DNA from: Pelotomaculum sp.
GTDB lineage: Bacteria; Bacillota; Desulfotomaculia; Desulfotomaculales; Pelotomaculaceae
Reading direction: 5' to 3'
DNA: 64,000 nucleotides
Assembly (NCBI GenBank): GCA_022839445.1
Contig: JALHFC010000006.1
Span: forward strand, 2,029 to 66,028
A program made the translations under genes and the position numbers. Below the pieces are notes generated by a model that was not told the DNA's origin, ran no database searches, and saw only the letters and a list, made by a program, of their open reading frames with translations. Of the stretch, positions 26,622 to 37,321 are shown piece after piece (position 1 is the stretch's first letter; each line of letters begins with the position of its first letter).

Positions 26622-26688
26622 CGCGGGTATAATTATCAGGGTTTGTGCTGCCGGTAGTAAATGTAAGAGCTGGCCGGGCAAATCCTCC

Positions 26689-26717
26689 TTGACTGCATTA
26701 TGGAAATTATAGATAAT
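26689..26717 (+). promoter_or_regulatory. sigma-A-type promoter upstream of the DUF512-der-plsY-gpsA block
   Basis: TTGACT (26689-26694), a 17-nt spacer, then GATAAT (26712-26717). Confidence 0.55.
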
Positions 26718-26810
26718 GATTAAAGATAATAATATTAGTAATTTAACCGGGCTAATGCTATTTTTATTTGTAGTGGCATTTGTAAGGAAAAGGCAGGGGG
26801 GGGTACCCCA

Positions 26811-28121
26811 ATGATAACGGGGCTGGAAATATTCCGGGTAGAGCCGGATAGTATCGCCGGTGAATTAGGGTTGGCGCCGGGCGACCGGGTGGTGGCGATT
26901 AACGGGGAACCGGTACGCGACTTGCTAGATTTTCGTTTTTTGGAGGCAGAAGAAAATCTTAGCATTGACATAAAAAAAGCCGGCGGCGAGGAATGGATCT
27001 TGGATGTGGAAAAGGATTACGACGAGATCCTGGGCATCGACTTTGGCGCCGGGGGGTTCGGGCGTACCCGCTGTTGTGCTAATAAGTGCCTCTTTTGTTT
27101 TGTGGACCAGATGCCTGCGGGCATGCGGGAAACCCTTTACATCAAGGACGACGACTACAGGCTTTCTTTTTGGAGCGGTAATTTTATCACCCTTACCAAC
27201 CTTAGTGACAATGACTTGCAAAGGATTATCGGGCAGCGAATGAGCCCGTTATATATATCGGTCCACACCACCAGCCCAAAGCTGAGGACAAGGATGCTGG
27301 GCAATGATAGGGCCGGTCTGATTTTGAAGCAATTAAGCTACCTGGCAAAAGCAGGTATCGAGATGCACACCCAGGTGGTATTGTGTCCGGGATTAAATGG
27401 TGGTGGAGAGTTAGAAAGGACAGTCGCCGACCTGGCAGGCCTGTGGCCGGCTGTTAGCTCCCTGGCCGTGGTACCGGTCGGGTTGACTAGATTTAGGCGG
27501 GGCCGTTATCCCTTGCGCGCTGTTACCGGTGATGAAGCCTGCGAATTGGTGCGGTGGGTACATTTAAAGCAGGAAGAATTTATGGCGAAAATGAAATATC
27601 CGTTTATTTTTGCCTCAGATGAGTTTTACCTACAGTCGGGCGAGCCGGTTCCCCCGGCAAGAAGATATGTCGGCTTTCCCCAGGTGGAGAATGGAGTAGG
27701 GCTCACTCGCCTTTTTTTAGACGAGTGGCAGGAGATCGAAAAGACTTTGCCTAAGGAGGTCCTTAATTTAAAAGCCACTCTCATAACCGGTCAACTTGGG
27801 GAAAAAATTCTGGGCCCGGTGGCAGCAAGGCTAAACGGCGTTAAGGGACTGGAAGTAAATGTGAAGGCAATTGAAAATCATTTTTTCGGGAAACAGGTAA
27901 CAGTTGCCGGTTTGGTTACCGGCACGGATATATTAAATCAGGTTGTTCCATGGGAAATAGGTGATTTGCTCGTGCTCCCATCCGTTATGTTAAAGAAAGA
28001 CGCAACTGTTTTTCTGGATAACCTAACCCCTGGGGACCTGACCAACCGCTTAAAAACAAGGGTTGCAACAGTGGCGGGACCTCGCCAACTGGTTGAGGTC
28101 CTGCTTGGCAGATGCGGCTAA
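26811..28121 (+). CDS. PDZ domain / DUF512 Fe-S (radical-SAM-like) protein
   Basis: An N-terminal PDZ domain ([22 protein letters not shown]), a cysteine cluster [13 protein letters not shown] and the DUF512 C-terminal region. The position upstream of der is conserved. Confidence 0.8.
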   Translation: MITGLEIFRVEPDSIAGELGLAPGDRVVAINGEPVRDLLDFRFLEAEENLSIDIKKAGGEEWILDVEKDYDEILGIDFGAGGFGRTRCCANKCLFCFVDQMPAGMRETLYIKDDDYRLSFWSGNFITLTNLSDNDLQRIIGQRMSPLYISVHTTSPKLRTRMLGNDRAGLILKQLSYLAKAGIEMHTQVVLCPGLNGGGELERTVADLAGLWPAVSSLAVVPVGLTRFRRGRYPLRAVTGDEACELVRWVHLKQEEFMAKMKYPFIFASDEFYLQSGEPVPPARRYVGFPQVENGVGLTRLFLDEWQEIEKTLPKEVLNLKATLITGQLGEKILGPVAARLNGVKGLEVNVKAIENHFFGKQVTVAGLVTGTDILNQVVPWEIGDLLVLPSVMLKKDATVFLDNLTPGDLTNRLKTRVATVAGPRQLVEVLLGRCG

Positions 28122-28194
28122 TAATCCAGGCCGAAAAGCCTTTCGGGGCCGGTCCGTTAACAATAAAATTGTTTTGTTACGTTGTGAGGTGAAA

Positions 28195-29523
28195 ATGGTG
28201 ACCAAACCGGTGGTGGCAATCGTAGGGCGGCCCAATGTGGGCAAGTCAACGCTCTTTAACCGTATCGTGGGTAGCAGGACAGCTATTGTCGAGAGCGAAC
28301 CGGGCATTACCAGGGACCGTCTTTACCAGGATGCAGAATGGTCGGGGCGCGTCTTTACCCTGGTGGATACCGGCGGCCTAGATTTCCAGGAGAGCGGTGA
28401 GATCAGCCTGGGTGTCCGGCGCCAGGCCGAGCTTGCAGTCGGGCAGGCCGACGCCGTCCTTTTTGTGGTGGATGCCAGGGCAGGTTTGAACCCGGGTGAT
28501 CATGAAGTATCCTCCATGATCCGGTCTTCTAATAAACCATGTATACTGGTTGCCAATAAAGTTGAGAATTTTGAATCCCCTGCGCATATCTATGATTTTT
28601 ACAGGCTGGGCCTGGGCGATCCGGTCCCTATTTCCGCTGCGGAGGGTCTGAATACAGGTGATCTTTTAGACGAGCTGATCGAGCTGCTGCCGCCGGTTAC
28701 GGAAGAAAGCAATGACCCGGATGTGATTAAAATAGCTGTGATCGGGCGGCCTAACGTGGGCAAGTCTTCCCTGGTTAATATTATTCTGGGGGAGGAGCGG
28801 GTTATTGTCAGCGATATTCCAGGCACTACTAGGGATGCTATCGACACTCCTTTCGATCTGGACGGCAAGCACTATGTTATAATTGACACGGCCGGTATGC
28901 GCCGCAGGGGCAAGATCGGCCAGAAGGCTGAAAAATACAGCGTGATCCGCGCCTTAAGGGCGGTTGACCGCAGCGATGTCGTTTTGGTAATGTTGGATGC
29001 CCTGGAAGGGGTAACGGAACAGGACCAGCGTATAGCCGGTTATGCGCATGAATCAGGCAAAGCTTCAATAGTGGTTGTGAATAAGTGGGATCTAGTGGAA
29101 AAAGACGGGCGGACTATGGATCGCTACACGGAAAGGATTCGGCAGGAGTTGGGGTTTATGCAGTATGTTCCCCTCATTTTCACCTCCGCGCTAACGGGAA
29201 AACGTGTTTCCAAAGTGCTGGAATTGGTGGACTTTGTCGCAGAACAGCACACGTTGCGAATTTCCACTGCCGACCTAAATATTTTAATCAAGGAAGCGGC
29301 TCTACGGAATCCCCCCCCGGCGGACAAGGCCAGGCGGTTGAAAATCCTTTACGCTACCCAGGGCGGGGTCAAGCCGCCACGGTTTATTTTATTTGTTAAT
29401 GACCCGGAGTTGATGCACTTTTCTTACCTGCGCTACCTGGAAAATCAAATTCGAGCGGCCTATGGTTTCGAGGGGACCCCGGTCCGTTTTACCCTGCGCA
29501 AAAGGAGAGGCATAAATGATTGA
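28195..29523 (+). CDS. der: ribosome-biogenesis GTPase Der (EngA)
   Basis: Two GTPase domains (GRPNVGKST at aa 8 and GRPNVGKSS at aa ~180; DTGG / DTAG; NKVE / NKWD) and a KH-like C-terminus. Confidence 0.95.
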   Translation: MVTKPVVAIVGRPNVGKSTLFNRIVGSRTAIVESEPGITRDRLYQDAEWSGRVFTLVDTGGLDFQESGEISLGVRRQAELAVGQADAVLFVVDARAGLNPGDHEVSSMIRSSNKPCILVANKVENFESPAHIYDFYRLGLGDPVPISAAEGLNTGDLLDELIELLPPVTEESNDPDVIKIAVIGRPNVGKSSLVNIILGEERVIVSDIPGTTRDAIDTPFDLDGKHYVIIDTAGMRRRGKIGQKAEKYSVIRALRAVDRSDVVLVMLDALEGVTEQDQRIAGYAHESGKASIVVVNKWDLVEKDGRTMDRYTERIRQELGFMQYVPLIFTSALTGKRVSKVLELVDFVAEQHTLRISTADLNILIKEAALRNPPPADKARRLKILYATQGGVKPPRFILFVNDPELMHFSYLRYLENQIRAAYGFEGTPVRFTLRKRRGIND

Positions 29524-30112
29524 TTTTTTCGTTGTAGCAGCTTGTTACCTGATTGGTTCCATACCAGTCAGTTACCTTGTTGCCCGTTATTGGAAGGGGA
29601 TTGACATTCGCCGGTGCGGCAGCGGCAATGTAGGCGCTACAAATGTATGGCGAAGCGCCGGTCCGGCGCCCGGGCTTGTCGCCTTGGCCGGGGACATGGG
29701 AAAAGGGGCGCTGGCGGTAATACTGGCCCGGCACTTCGGCGGCCCCTCGCTGGTAGTCTTTTCAGGTATGGCGGTGTTGGCCGGGCATAGCTGGTCGTTA
29801 TTTCTAGGGTTTCGGGGCGGCAAGGTAATTGCCACCGGGGCTGGTGTTTTTGCCGCTATTTCCCTTCCGGTGGTAGCCTTTGCAGGAGTAGTCTGGTTTG
29901 CCGTGGTAGGCATTACCAAATATGTATCCGCAGGCTCAATTACCGGTATTATTTCAATTCCTTTATTAATGCTGGCCTTTCACCTGGAGACGGCTTACCT
30001 GGTATTGGGTGTTTTTGCAGCTGCATTTGCCATATATAAACACATTCCAAATATTAAACGGCTGGCGGCAGGGACTGAGCCAAAAATCGAAATCGGTAGA
30101 AAAAACCGTTAA
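29516..30112 (+). CDS. plsY: glycerol-3-phosphate acyltransferase PlsY
   Basis: [10 protein letters not shown] motif; 198 aa polytopic. Confidence 0.93.
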   Translation: MIDFFVVAACYLIGSIPVSYLVARYWKGIDIRRCGSGNVGATNVWRSAGPAPGLVALAGDMGKGALAVILARHFGGPSLVVFSGMAVLAGHSWSLFLGFRGGKVIATGAGVFAAISLPVVAFAGVVWFAVVGITKYVSAGSITGIISIPLLMLAFHLETAYLVLGVFAAAFAIYKHIPNIKRLAAGTEPKIEIGRKNR

Positions 30113-30211
30113 CGGCAAAAAGCAAATTGAAAGGGATATATTCGTTGAAGATAACGCCATGGCGTTTGCAAGTTTGTCTGGCCGTTGCCGGAAAGGGGGA
30201 TCTTTTTAACA

Positions 30212-31261
30212 GTGCATAAGAAAATAGGTGTTTTAGGCGCGGGAAGCTGGGCTACCGCCCTGTCCGTGCTCCTGGCAAAAAAGGGTTATTCCGTAAGCAT
30301 GTGGTCTATTGTACCTGAATTGATTGGACAGATTAATGAGATGCGGGAAAACCAAATATTTCTACCGGATGTGACGCTCCCGATCGGTATAGAAGCATAT
30401 GGCGATCTGCAACAAGTGCTGCATGGGGCGGAGGCGGTGGTTTTCGGTGTTCCTTCTCATGCTTTCCGGGAAGTCTTGCGTAAAGCCGGGCCTTTTCTTC
30501 CCGCAGGAGCAATATTGATTAACGTGGCTAAGGGTATTGAGGAAGAAAGCCTGTGCCGCTTGTCACAGGCCTTTGCCCAGGAGGCCGGCGTGGATATGCT
30601 CCGCAGGTATGTTGTCCTTTCCGGTCCCAGCCATGCTGAGGAAGTGGGCAGGGGAGTCCCTACCGCTGTGGTGGTAGCGTCATCTTGTATGGAAAGTGCG
30701 GAATATGTCCAGGAGTTGTTTATGTGTGAGTATTTCCGGGTTTATACGAACCCCGACGTCACCGGTGTGGAACTGGGGGGGGCTTTGAAAAATATTATTG
30801 CCCTGGGAACAGGTATAGCTGATGGCCTCGGTTACGGTGACAACAGCAAGGCGGCCCTTATGACCCGCGGATTAGCGGAAATTACTCGTTTGGGATTTGC
30901 TGTAGGCGCCAATCCACTCACCTTTGCCGGGCTGGCCGGTGTGGGCGACCTGATTGTGACCTGTACCAGTATGCATAGCCGCAACCGGCGGGCCGGCATT
31001 GCTATTGGCAGGGGTAAACCGGTGGAGGAAGCCCTAGAGGAAGTAAGGATGGTGGTAGAGGGAGTGCGCACTACCCGCGCAGCCAGGCGGCTTTCCAGGG
31101 ACCTTAACGTTGAAATGCCCATCACCGACCAGACTTACCGGGTGCTCTTTGAAGGCTTATCCCCCGGTATTGCGGTAAAGAACCTGATGACCAGGGGCAA
31201 AACCCATGAGATGGAGGAAGTGGCCTTGGCTGCGGCGGCAATTCGTAGGATAAAACATTAG
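30212..31261 (+). CDS. gpsA: NAD(P)H-dependent glycerol-3-phosphate dehydrogenase
   Basis: [13 protein letters not shown] Rossmann motif and a [10 protein letters not shown] motif. GTG 30212 is preferred over the upstream ORF start 30185. Confidence 0.92.
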   Translation: MHKKIGVLGAGSWATALSVLLAKKGYSVSMWSIVPELIGQINEMRENQIFLPDVTLPIGIEAYGDLQQVLHGAEAVVFGVPSHAFREVLRKAGPFLPAGAILINVAKGIEEESLCRLSQAFAQEAGVDMLRRYVVLSGPSHAEEVGRGVPTAVVVASSCMESAEYVQELFMCEYFRVYTNPDVTGVELGGALKNIIALGTGIADGLGYGDNSKAALMTRGLAEITRLGFAVGANPLTFAGLAGVGDLIVTCTSMHSRNRRAGIAIGRGKPVEEALEEVRMVVEGVRTTRAARRLSRDLNVEMPITDQTYRVLFEGLSPGIAVKNLMTRGKTHEMEEVALAAAAIRRIKH

Positions 31262-31292
31262 TTATAAACGCAATACTGATTAATCTTTTGGC

Positions 31293-31322
31293 AAGTGCGA
31301 ATTCTTTCGCACTTTTTTTTGT
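31293..31322 (+). terminator. intrinsic terminator after gpsA
   Basis: A 9-bp stem AAGTGCGAA / TTCGCACTT followed by a T-run. Confidence 0.85.
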
Positions 31323-31577
31323 GGATTAAAGTAATAACTTCTTTTCGGGGATGCGCTACACGGGGAATAGCGGATCTTTTTAGGGTTTTTAATTTGCCGG
31401 GGAATAATCGACCAACAAGCTCATATATATATATTGTTATTGTATGCCATTGGAAAATTATAGACGTGGACTAGGTTTCACGGGAGGTATTCGATATTTG
31501 ATTTTTACGGACGTGGGGAGGGATGCATTTTTTAACATAGATATGCCTTTATAATTCTTAAGGAAGGGAGTGTGTAC

Positions 31578-33056
31578 ATGGAAATGAACGATATTTTCCG
31601 CGATATTGCGGAACGTACCGGGGGTGATTTATACCTTGGTGTTGTCGGGGGCGTTCGTACCGGAAAATCAACGTTTATCAAACGCTTTATGGAATTGATG
31701 GTGCTTCCCAAAATGCAAAATATATATGACAGGGAAAGGGCTAAAGATGAGTTGCCCCAGAGCGCTGCCGGACGGACGATAATGACAACCGAACCCAAGT
31801 TTATCCCCAACGAGGCCGTTGATGTTCAAGTAACACCAAACTTGGATATTAAAATTCGCATGGTGGATTGCGTAGGATATCGTGTGGAAGGCGCCCTTGG
31901 CTACGAGGAGGAAGAAGGACCGCGGATGGTTTCCACACCATGGTTTGAGGAACCCATCCCCTTTCAGGAAGCCGCTGAAATAGGGACCAGGAAGGTTATT
32001 TCCGAGCATTCCACAATGGGGCTGGTTATTACCACCGACGGATCTATTACAGACATCCCCAGGGAAAATTATGTTGAGGCCGAGGAAAGGGTTGTTGAAG
32101 AATTAAAAAACATCAACCGGCCTTTTCTTGTGCTGCTTAACAGTACCGCTGCCGCAAGCGAGGAAAACGTCAATCTTTCCGCTGAATTAAGCGAAAAATA
32201 TGACGTGCCGGTTATTCCTGTTGACTGCGCCCAGATGAATAATGCCGATATTCTAAATATTCTAGAGAAGCTATTGTATGAATTTCCGGTTAACGAGGTT
32301 AATATCAGCCTCCCGGCCTGGGTGGAGGAACTGGAGCTCAAGCATTGGCTACGCCAAAAGTTTGAGGAATCAATCCAGGATACTGTTAAGAATGTCCACC
32401 GTTTGAGAGATGTAAACGGGGCGGTTGAATCTCTAGCTGATTATGATTTTGTTGATCAGGTCAGGCTAAGCAGCATGGATATGGGCACAGGGTCGGCGGC
32501 AATCGCTATTACGTCTAGTCCGTCGCTATTCTACCAGGTACTGAGTGAGCAGTCCGGCTTTGGCATTGAAGGCGAAAAAGATCTGTTCCGCTTGGTCAGG
32601 GACCTCAGCGTCGCCAAGCGGGAATATGACAAGGTGGCCGGCGCCCTGGATGAAGTTAGAGGAGACGGCTACGGTGTGGTTACACCAAGCCTGGACGACC
32701 TAGTCCTGGAAGAACCGGAACTTATCCGCCAGGGCAACCGCTTTGGGATCAAACTAAAAGCCAGCGCCCCGTCCATCCACATGATCAAGGCCGATATCAC
32801 CACTGAGATCACCCCGATTATCGGTACCGAAAGACAATGTGAGGAACTGGTGCAGTACATGCTCAGGGAGTTTGAGGATGACCCGCAGAAAATTTGGAAG
32901 TCTGAGATATTTGGTAAATCAGTGCACGACCTGGTGAGGGAGGGCATTCAAAACAAACTCCACCGCATGCCGGAAAATGCCCAGGTCAAGTTGCGGGAAA
33001 CTCTCCAGCGCATCGTCAACGAGGGTTCCGGTGGCCTGATCTGTATCATAATCTAA
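31578..33056 (+). CDS. spoIVA: stage IV sporulation protein A
   Basis: MEMNDIFRDIAERTGGDLYLGVVGGVRTGKSTFIKRFME is near-identical in pattern to the B. subtilis SpoIVA N-terminus. 492 aa. Confidence 0.95.
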   Translation: MEMNDIFRDIAERTGGDLYLGVVGGVRTGKSTFIKRFMELMVLPKMQNIYDRERAKDELPQSAAGRTIMTTEPKFIPNEAVDVQVTPNLDIKIRMVDCVGYRVEGALGYEEEEGPRMVSTPWFEEPIPFQEAAEIGTRKVISEHSTMGLVITTDGSITDIPRENYVEAEERVVEELKNINRPFLVLLNSTAAASEENVNLSAELSEKYDVPVIPVDCAQMNNADILNILEKLLYEFPVNEVNISLPAWVEELELKHWLRQKFEESIQDTVKNVHRLRDVNGAVESLADYDFVDQVRLSSMDMGTGSAAIAITSSPSLFYQVLSEQSGFGIEGEKDLFRLVRDLSVAKREYDKVAGALDEVRGDGYGVVTPSLDDLVLEEPELIRQGNRFGIKLKASAPSIHMIKADITTEITPIIGTERQCEELVQYMLREFEDDPQKIWKSEIFGKSVHDLVREGIQNKLHRMPENAQVKLRETLQRIVNEGSGGLICIII

Positions 33057-33062
33057 TAGATT

Positions 33063-33088
33063 AAACCGGTCACCAGGCCGGTTTTTTT
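33063..33088 (+). terminator. intrinsic terminator after spoIVA
   Basis: AAACCGG tcaccagg CCGGTTT followed by TTTT. Confidence 0.7.
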
Positions 33089-33396
33089 ATTTAAAAACGG
33101 GTAAGTTAACTTAATGCAATAATACACAGATCAGCATTAGTCCTTTGTATCGAACCGGTTCAATTTCGAGCCCGGTCAAACTTGGCGCGTTGTGCCTTAA
33201 AAAGTCTCCCCCGCTATCTCTTAAATCTCCCCCGTTTTTTGAACAAGGGCTCAAAAATCGCTGCTAACGATATAACACATGTTACCTGTCATTGTCATCA
33301 ATAAATAGTATGACTTGGCGGTATATTTATCTAAATTCATGAGAATTGCTGTGCTCTCTAGACAAAGTAAGGTTTTTAAGACGGCTGTTTTTTTCG

Positions 33397-33425
33397 TTGC
33401 CTGCGTCAAGCGCCAATGCTATAAT
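33397..33425 (+). promoter_or_regulatory. sigma-A-type promoter upstream of hom
   Basis: TTGCCT (33397-33402), a 17-nt spacer, then TATAAT (33420-33425). Confidence 0.6.
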
Positions 33426-33509
33426 GACTACCAGAGGCCATAGATTATGTCAATTCGAAGACAAACGGGCTTGTAGGTTTTGACGTGTTTACAAAAGGGG
33501 GAGTGTAAA

Positions 33510-34817
33510 TTGTCCGAAAGAACAATCAGTGTCGGCCTGCTGGGCATGGGTACCGTTGGCCGGGGCGTTTACCGTATACTAAAGGATAACCAAGCCGGTA
33601 TAAAACAAAAAATAGGGGCGACCCTGGCGGTTAAAAAGATCCTGGTGAGAGATATCACAAAGGACCGGGGGGTTGAATTGGAAGAAGGGCTTTTGACTTC
33701 CGATGCCGGTGAAGTTATTGACAATCCCGGCATCGATATTGTGGTGGAAGTGTTGGGTGGGATAGATCCCGCTTTAAAATACTCCCTGCGGGCGTTGGAA
33801 CAGGGCAAAAGCCTGGTCACTGCCAACAAAGACATGATTGCCGCGCACGGCAAGGAACTCTTCGCGACCGCCCGGATCGCCAATCGTGATTTGCTGTTTG
33901 AGGCCAGTGTAGCCGGCGGAATACCTATCATCAGGCCATTGAAAGTGTGCCTTGCGGGCAACCGGATCCGGCAGGTGGTAGGGATTATAAACGGTACTAC
34001 CAACTATATGTTGACCAGGATGAGCAAGGAAGGACTTGATTTTCAGCAGGCGCTCAGTGAAGCGCAGTCTCTGGGATACGCCGAAGCGGACCCCAGCGCC
34101 GATGTGGAGGGCCATGACGCGGCACGCAAGCTGGCAATTCTCGCTTCTATCGCTTTTAATACCAGGGTTTCTTTGGACCAGGTGTTTGTTGAAGGGATCA
34201 CCGGGGTTGCGGCGAGAGATATCGCGCATGCTTCTAATTTGAATTATATTGTAAAACTTCTCGGTATCGCCAGGGAGGGCAAGGAAGGTGTCGAGGCGCG
34301 GGTGCACCCGGCCCTGCTGCCAAAAAATCATCCCCTGACTTCTGTGAATGATGTTTACAATGCTATTTTCATCAGCGGAGATGCTGTCGGGGACGTTATG
34401 TTTTATGGCCGCGGGGCAGGAGAGATGCCCACCGCTAGCGCAGTAGTGGGCGATGTTATGGACGCCGCCCGCAATATTCTTAATAATGTGTCAGGGATGA
34501 TCAGCTGCACCTGTTTTGAAGAAAAACAAGTAAAACCAATGGGCTTAACTAAAACTAAATATTATATCCGTTTAAGTGTTGCCGACAGGCCGGGGGTGCT
34601 GGCAGGCATAGCTTTTATTTTCGGCAATAATGATGTCAGCCTGGCTTCGGTGATCCAGCATACCGCAGGGCAATTCGCTGAACTGGTGCTTGTTACACAT
34701 GAAGTGTTTGAAAAAAATTTACAAAAAGCGCTCCAATCAATTCGGGAATTGTCTTCTGTAAATGAAATTTGTAGTGTAATCAGGGTAGAGGAATTAGATG
34801 AAGGCGCCGCGCCTTAA
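33510..34817 (+). CDS. hom: homoserine dehydrogenase (with C-terminal ACT domain)
   Basis: VGLLGMGTVG Rossmann motif and GYAEADPSADVEG. TTG start after AAGGGGGAG. Confidence 0.92.
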   Translation: MSERTISVGLLGMGTVGRGVYRILKDNQAGIKQKIGATLAVKKILVRDITKDRGVELEEGLLTSDAGEVIDNPGIDIVVEVLGGIDPALKYSLRALEQGKSLVTANKDMIAAHGKELFATARIANRDLLFEASVAGGIPIIRPLKVCLAGNRIRQVVGIINGTTNYMLTRMSKEGLDFQQALSEAQSLGYAEADPSADVEGHDAARKLAILASIAFNTRVSLDQVFVEGITGVAARDIAHASNLNYIVKLLGIAREGKEGVEARVHPALLPKNHPLTSVNDVYNAIFISGDAVGDVMFYGRGAGEMPTASAVVGDVMDAARNILNNVSGMISCTCFEEKQVKPMGLTKTKYYIRLSVADRPGVLAGIAFIFGNNDVSLASVIQHTAGQFAELVLVTHEVFEKNLQKALQSIRELSSVNEICSVIRVEELDEGAAP

Positions 34818-34913
34818 ATCGACCGGTAACGTTTTTCTACCAAGGGCAATATGCATGGGCGAGTAGCCCATGATAATTACCATACCTTGTTTTTTGCTGG
34901 AGGAATGTCTCTA

Positions 34914-35816
34914 ATGATCCGAGTTCAGGTACCTGCCACCACGGCAAATATGGGTCCTGGTTTCGATTGCCTGGGTATGGCGCTGGAACTTTATAATACT
35001 GTTGAGATGGTTACCGCCTCCCGTGGACTTTCCATTGAAATATCAGGAGAAGGCGCGGCGGATATTCCAAGGGATGAGAGCAACCTGGTTTATCAGGCTG
35101 CCCGGTGCGTGTTTAACCAGGTTGGTTATTCCATGGCTGGTTTAAGGCTTCGCCTTTTAAACCAGATCCCACTGGCGCGTGGGCTTGGCAGTAGCGCTGC
35201 GGCCATTGTCGGAGGGATTATCGCCGCCAACCTGCTTACCGGAGGGAAGCTCTCTACAAAAGAAATTATTACCCTAGCCGGATCTATTGAAGGGCATCCG
35301 GATAATGTAGCGCCAGCCGTGTTGGGTGGAATAGTCGTCGCGGTTGGGGCGGACGGCGAAATTAAATGTTTAAAAATTAAGCCCCCTCACGGTTTGAAAT
35401 GCGTGGTGGCATCGCCGGATTTTACTCTATTTACCAAGACTTCCAGGGATGCTGTTCCCAATCAGGTATCATTTCAAGATGCGGTTTTTAACATAGGGCG
35501 TGTGGCCATGTTGGTGGCGGCGTTACAGCAGGGTGATTTAAGTTTTTTGGGCGTGGCGATGGAAGACCGGCTCCACCAGTCTTTTCGCTCACCCATGATT
35601 CCGGGATTGAAAAAAGTACTGGCTGCGGCAAAGTTGGCCGGGGCGAGGGGTGTTACCTTAAGCGGGGCGGGGCCTTCGCTGGTTGCCTTTGCAGACTCCA
35701 ACCTGGAATTGATTGCCCGTGTCATGGGCGACACCTTCCGTGCCAACGGTGTAAAATCAAGGGTGATGATCCTAAAACCTAGCCCCGTCGGGGCTAGGGC
35801 GTTGGAAGTAAAGTAA
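34914..35816 (+). CDS. thrB: homoserine kinase
   Basis: VPATTANMGPGFD and the GHMP motif PLARGLGSSAAA. Confidence 0.92.
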   Translation: MIRVQVPATTANMGPGFDCLGMALELYNTVEMVTASRGLSIEISGEGAADIPRDESNLVYQAARCVFNQVGYSMAGLRLRLLNQIPLARGLGSSAAAIVGGIIAANLLTGGKLSTKEIITLAGSIEGHPDNVAPAVLGGIVVAVGADGEIKCLKIKPPHGLKCVVASPDFTLFTKTSRDAVPNQVSFQDAVFNIGRVAMLVAALQQGDLSFLGVAMEDRLHQSFRSPMIPGLKKVLAAAKLAGARGVTLSGAGPSLVAFADSNLELIARVMGDTFRANGVKSRVMILKPSPVGARALEVK

Positions 35817-35834
35817 AGGAAGGCGGTTTACTTA

Positions 35835-37049
35835 ATGATTGTAGTTCAAAAATACGGTGGCAGTTCAGTCGCCGACGCCGAACGCATTCGCCGGGTAGCC
35901 CGGCGGGTTGCCGCTACCCGTGCCGAGGGCCACGAAGTTGTGGTAGTTGTGTCGGCAATGGGGGACACAACCGACGAGATAATTCAACTTGTAAAGGAAA
36001 TAACCGGGTGTCCCCCGGAAAGGGAAATGGATGTCGCCCTATCCACCGGGGAACAGGTTTCCATAGCGCTCCTGGCTATGGCCTTAAATGAGATGGGGGA
36101 ACCGGTAACCTGTTTAACCGGCGCCCAGGCGGGAATATTAACGGACAGTTCGCATACCAGGGCAAAGATATTAAATGTCAATACCGGTCGCCTTCGGGTA
36201 GAATTGAAGCGGAAAAATATTATAGTGGTAGCCGGTTTTCAGGGGGTTGACCGTTTAGGCGACATTACTACACTGGGCAGGGGCGGTTCCGATACTACTG
36301 CGGTTGCCCTCGCGGTAGCGCTAAAAGCTGATTTGTGCGAGATTTATACCGATGTTGACGGTGTTTATACCACCGACCCGCGCCTTGTTCCCGAAGCCCG
36401 CAAACTGGAGGCGGTTTCCTACGAAGAAATGCTTGAGTTGGCCAACCTGGGGGCAGTCGTGCTTCATCACCGCGCAGTGGAATTGGCTATGGAGTATGGC
36501 GTGCCGCTGCATGTGCGTTCAAGCTTTAACTATAATAACGGAACGGTAGTAAAGGAGGCGGATTACTTGGAAAAGTCGCATGTGGTAACAGGGGTGGCGT
36601 GCGATATGAATGCTGCTAAGATCGGTATTTTTAATGTTTTTGACAAGCCGGGTATTGCTTTTACCTTATTTAAGGCCCTTGCGGATAAAAACATCAACGT
36701 CGACATGATCATTCAAAGCGCCATGCGCGATGAAAGGAATGACATTTCTTTTACCTGCTCGCAAGCGGACCTGAAAAAAGCGCTATCGGTTGTGGAAAGC
36801 CTAAAAATGAATTTGGGCGCCGACGGCTATACACACGACGAAGGTGTGGCCAAGGTTTCTATTGTAGGCGCCGGTATGGCCAGCAATCCCGGTGTCGCGG
36901 CCACGATGTTCGAGGCGCTTTATAGAGAAGGGATTAACCTGGAAATGATCAGCACCTCCGAGATAAAGGTTTCTTGTATAGTAAAAGATGAACAAGCCGC
37001 GAATGCTGTCCGTGCCTTGCACAAAGTATTTGAACTGGATCAAGGGTAG
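35835..37049 (+). CDS. aspartate kinase (two C-terminal ACT domains)
   Basis: VQKYGGSSV, VVVVSAMGDTTD and TLGRGGSD motifs. 404 aa. Confidence 0.93.
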   Translation: MIVVQKYGGSSVADAERIRRVARRVAATRAEGHEVVVVVSAMGDTTDEIIQLVKEITGCPPEREMDVALSTGEQVSIALLAMALNEMGEPVTCLTGAQAGILTDSSHTRAKILNVNTGRLRVELKRKNIIVVAGFQGVDRLGDITTLGRGGSDTTAVALAVALKADLCEIYTDVDGVYTTDPRLVPEARKLEAVSYEEMLELANLGAVVLHHRAVELAMEYGVPLHVRSSFNYNNGTVVKEADYLEKSHVVTGVACDMNAAKIGIFNVFDKPGIAFTLFKALADKNINVDMIIQSAMRDERNDISFTCSQADLKKALSVVESLKMNLGADGYTHDEGVAKVSIVGAGMASNPGVAATMFEALYREGINLEMISTSEIKVSCIVKDEQAANAVRALHKVFELDQG

Positions 37050-37090
37050 ATCTTTTCTTATGCAACAGTTTGCCGGTATTTATTACTATT

Positions 37091-37124
37091 TAGCCCCTCA
37101 GTGAATGTGGGGCTATGTTTTTTA
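37091..37124 (+). terminator. intrinsic terminator after aspartate kinase
   Basis: TAGCCCC ... GGGGCTA followed by TGTTTTTTA. Confidence 0.7.
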
Positions 37125-37321
37125 TTTAATTCAGGTCATTAAGAGTGTTGCCCAAACCAGTCAGCCAAAACCGCCAGTGGTTCAATTGGCGGGGGGGGGC
37201 TATGACGGCTGCGGTGATTTCCCTGCTTGGCACGGCTATCTGTATGCTCGTTGGACCGGCGCCCCGCAGGGATGAGTATAAAATCCCCCAATAAAACCTT
37301 GAGAGACGCCAAAATGTTAGT

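Noticed and set aside
31262-31577. Search for a sigma-E promoter upstream of spoIVA
   Set aside because: A CATAGATA -10-like element (31536-31543) has no acceptable -35 element at 13-15 nt spacing, so the promoter is not reported.
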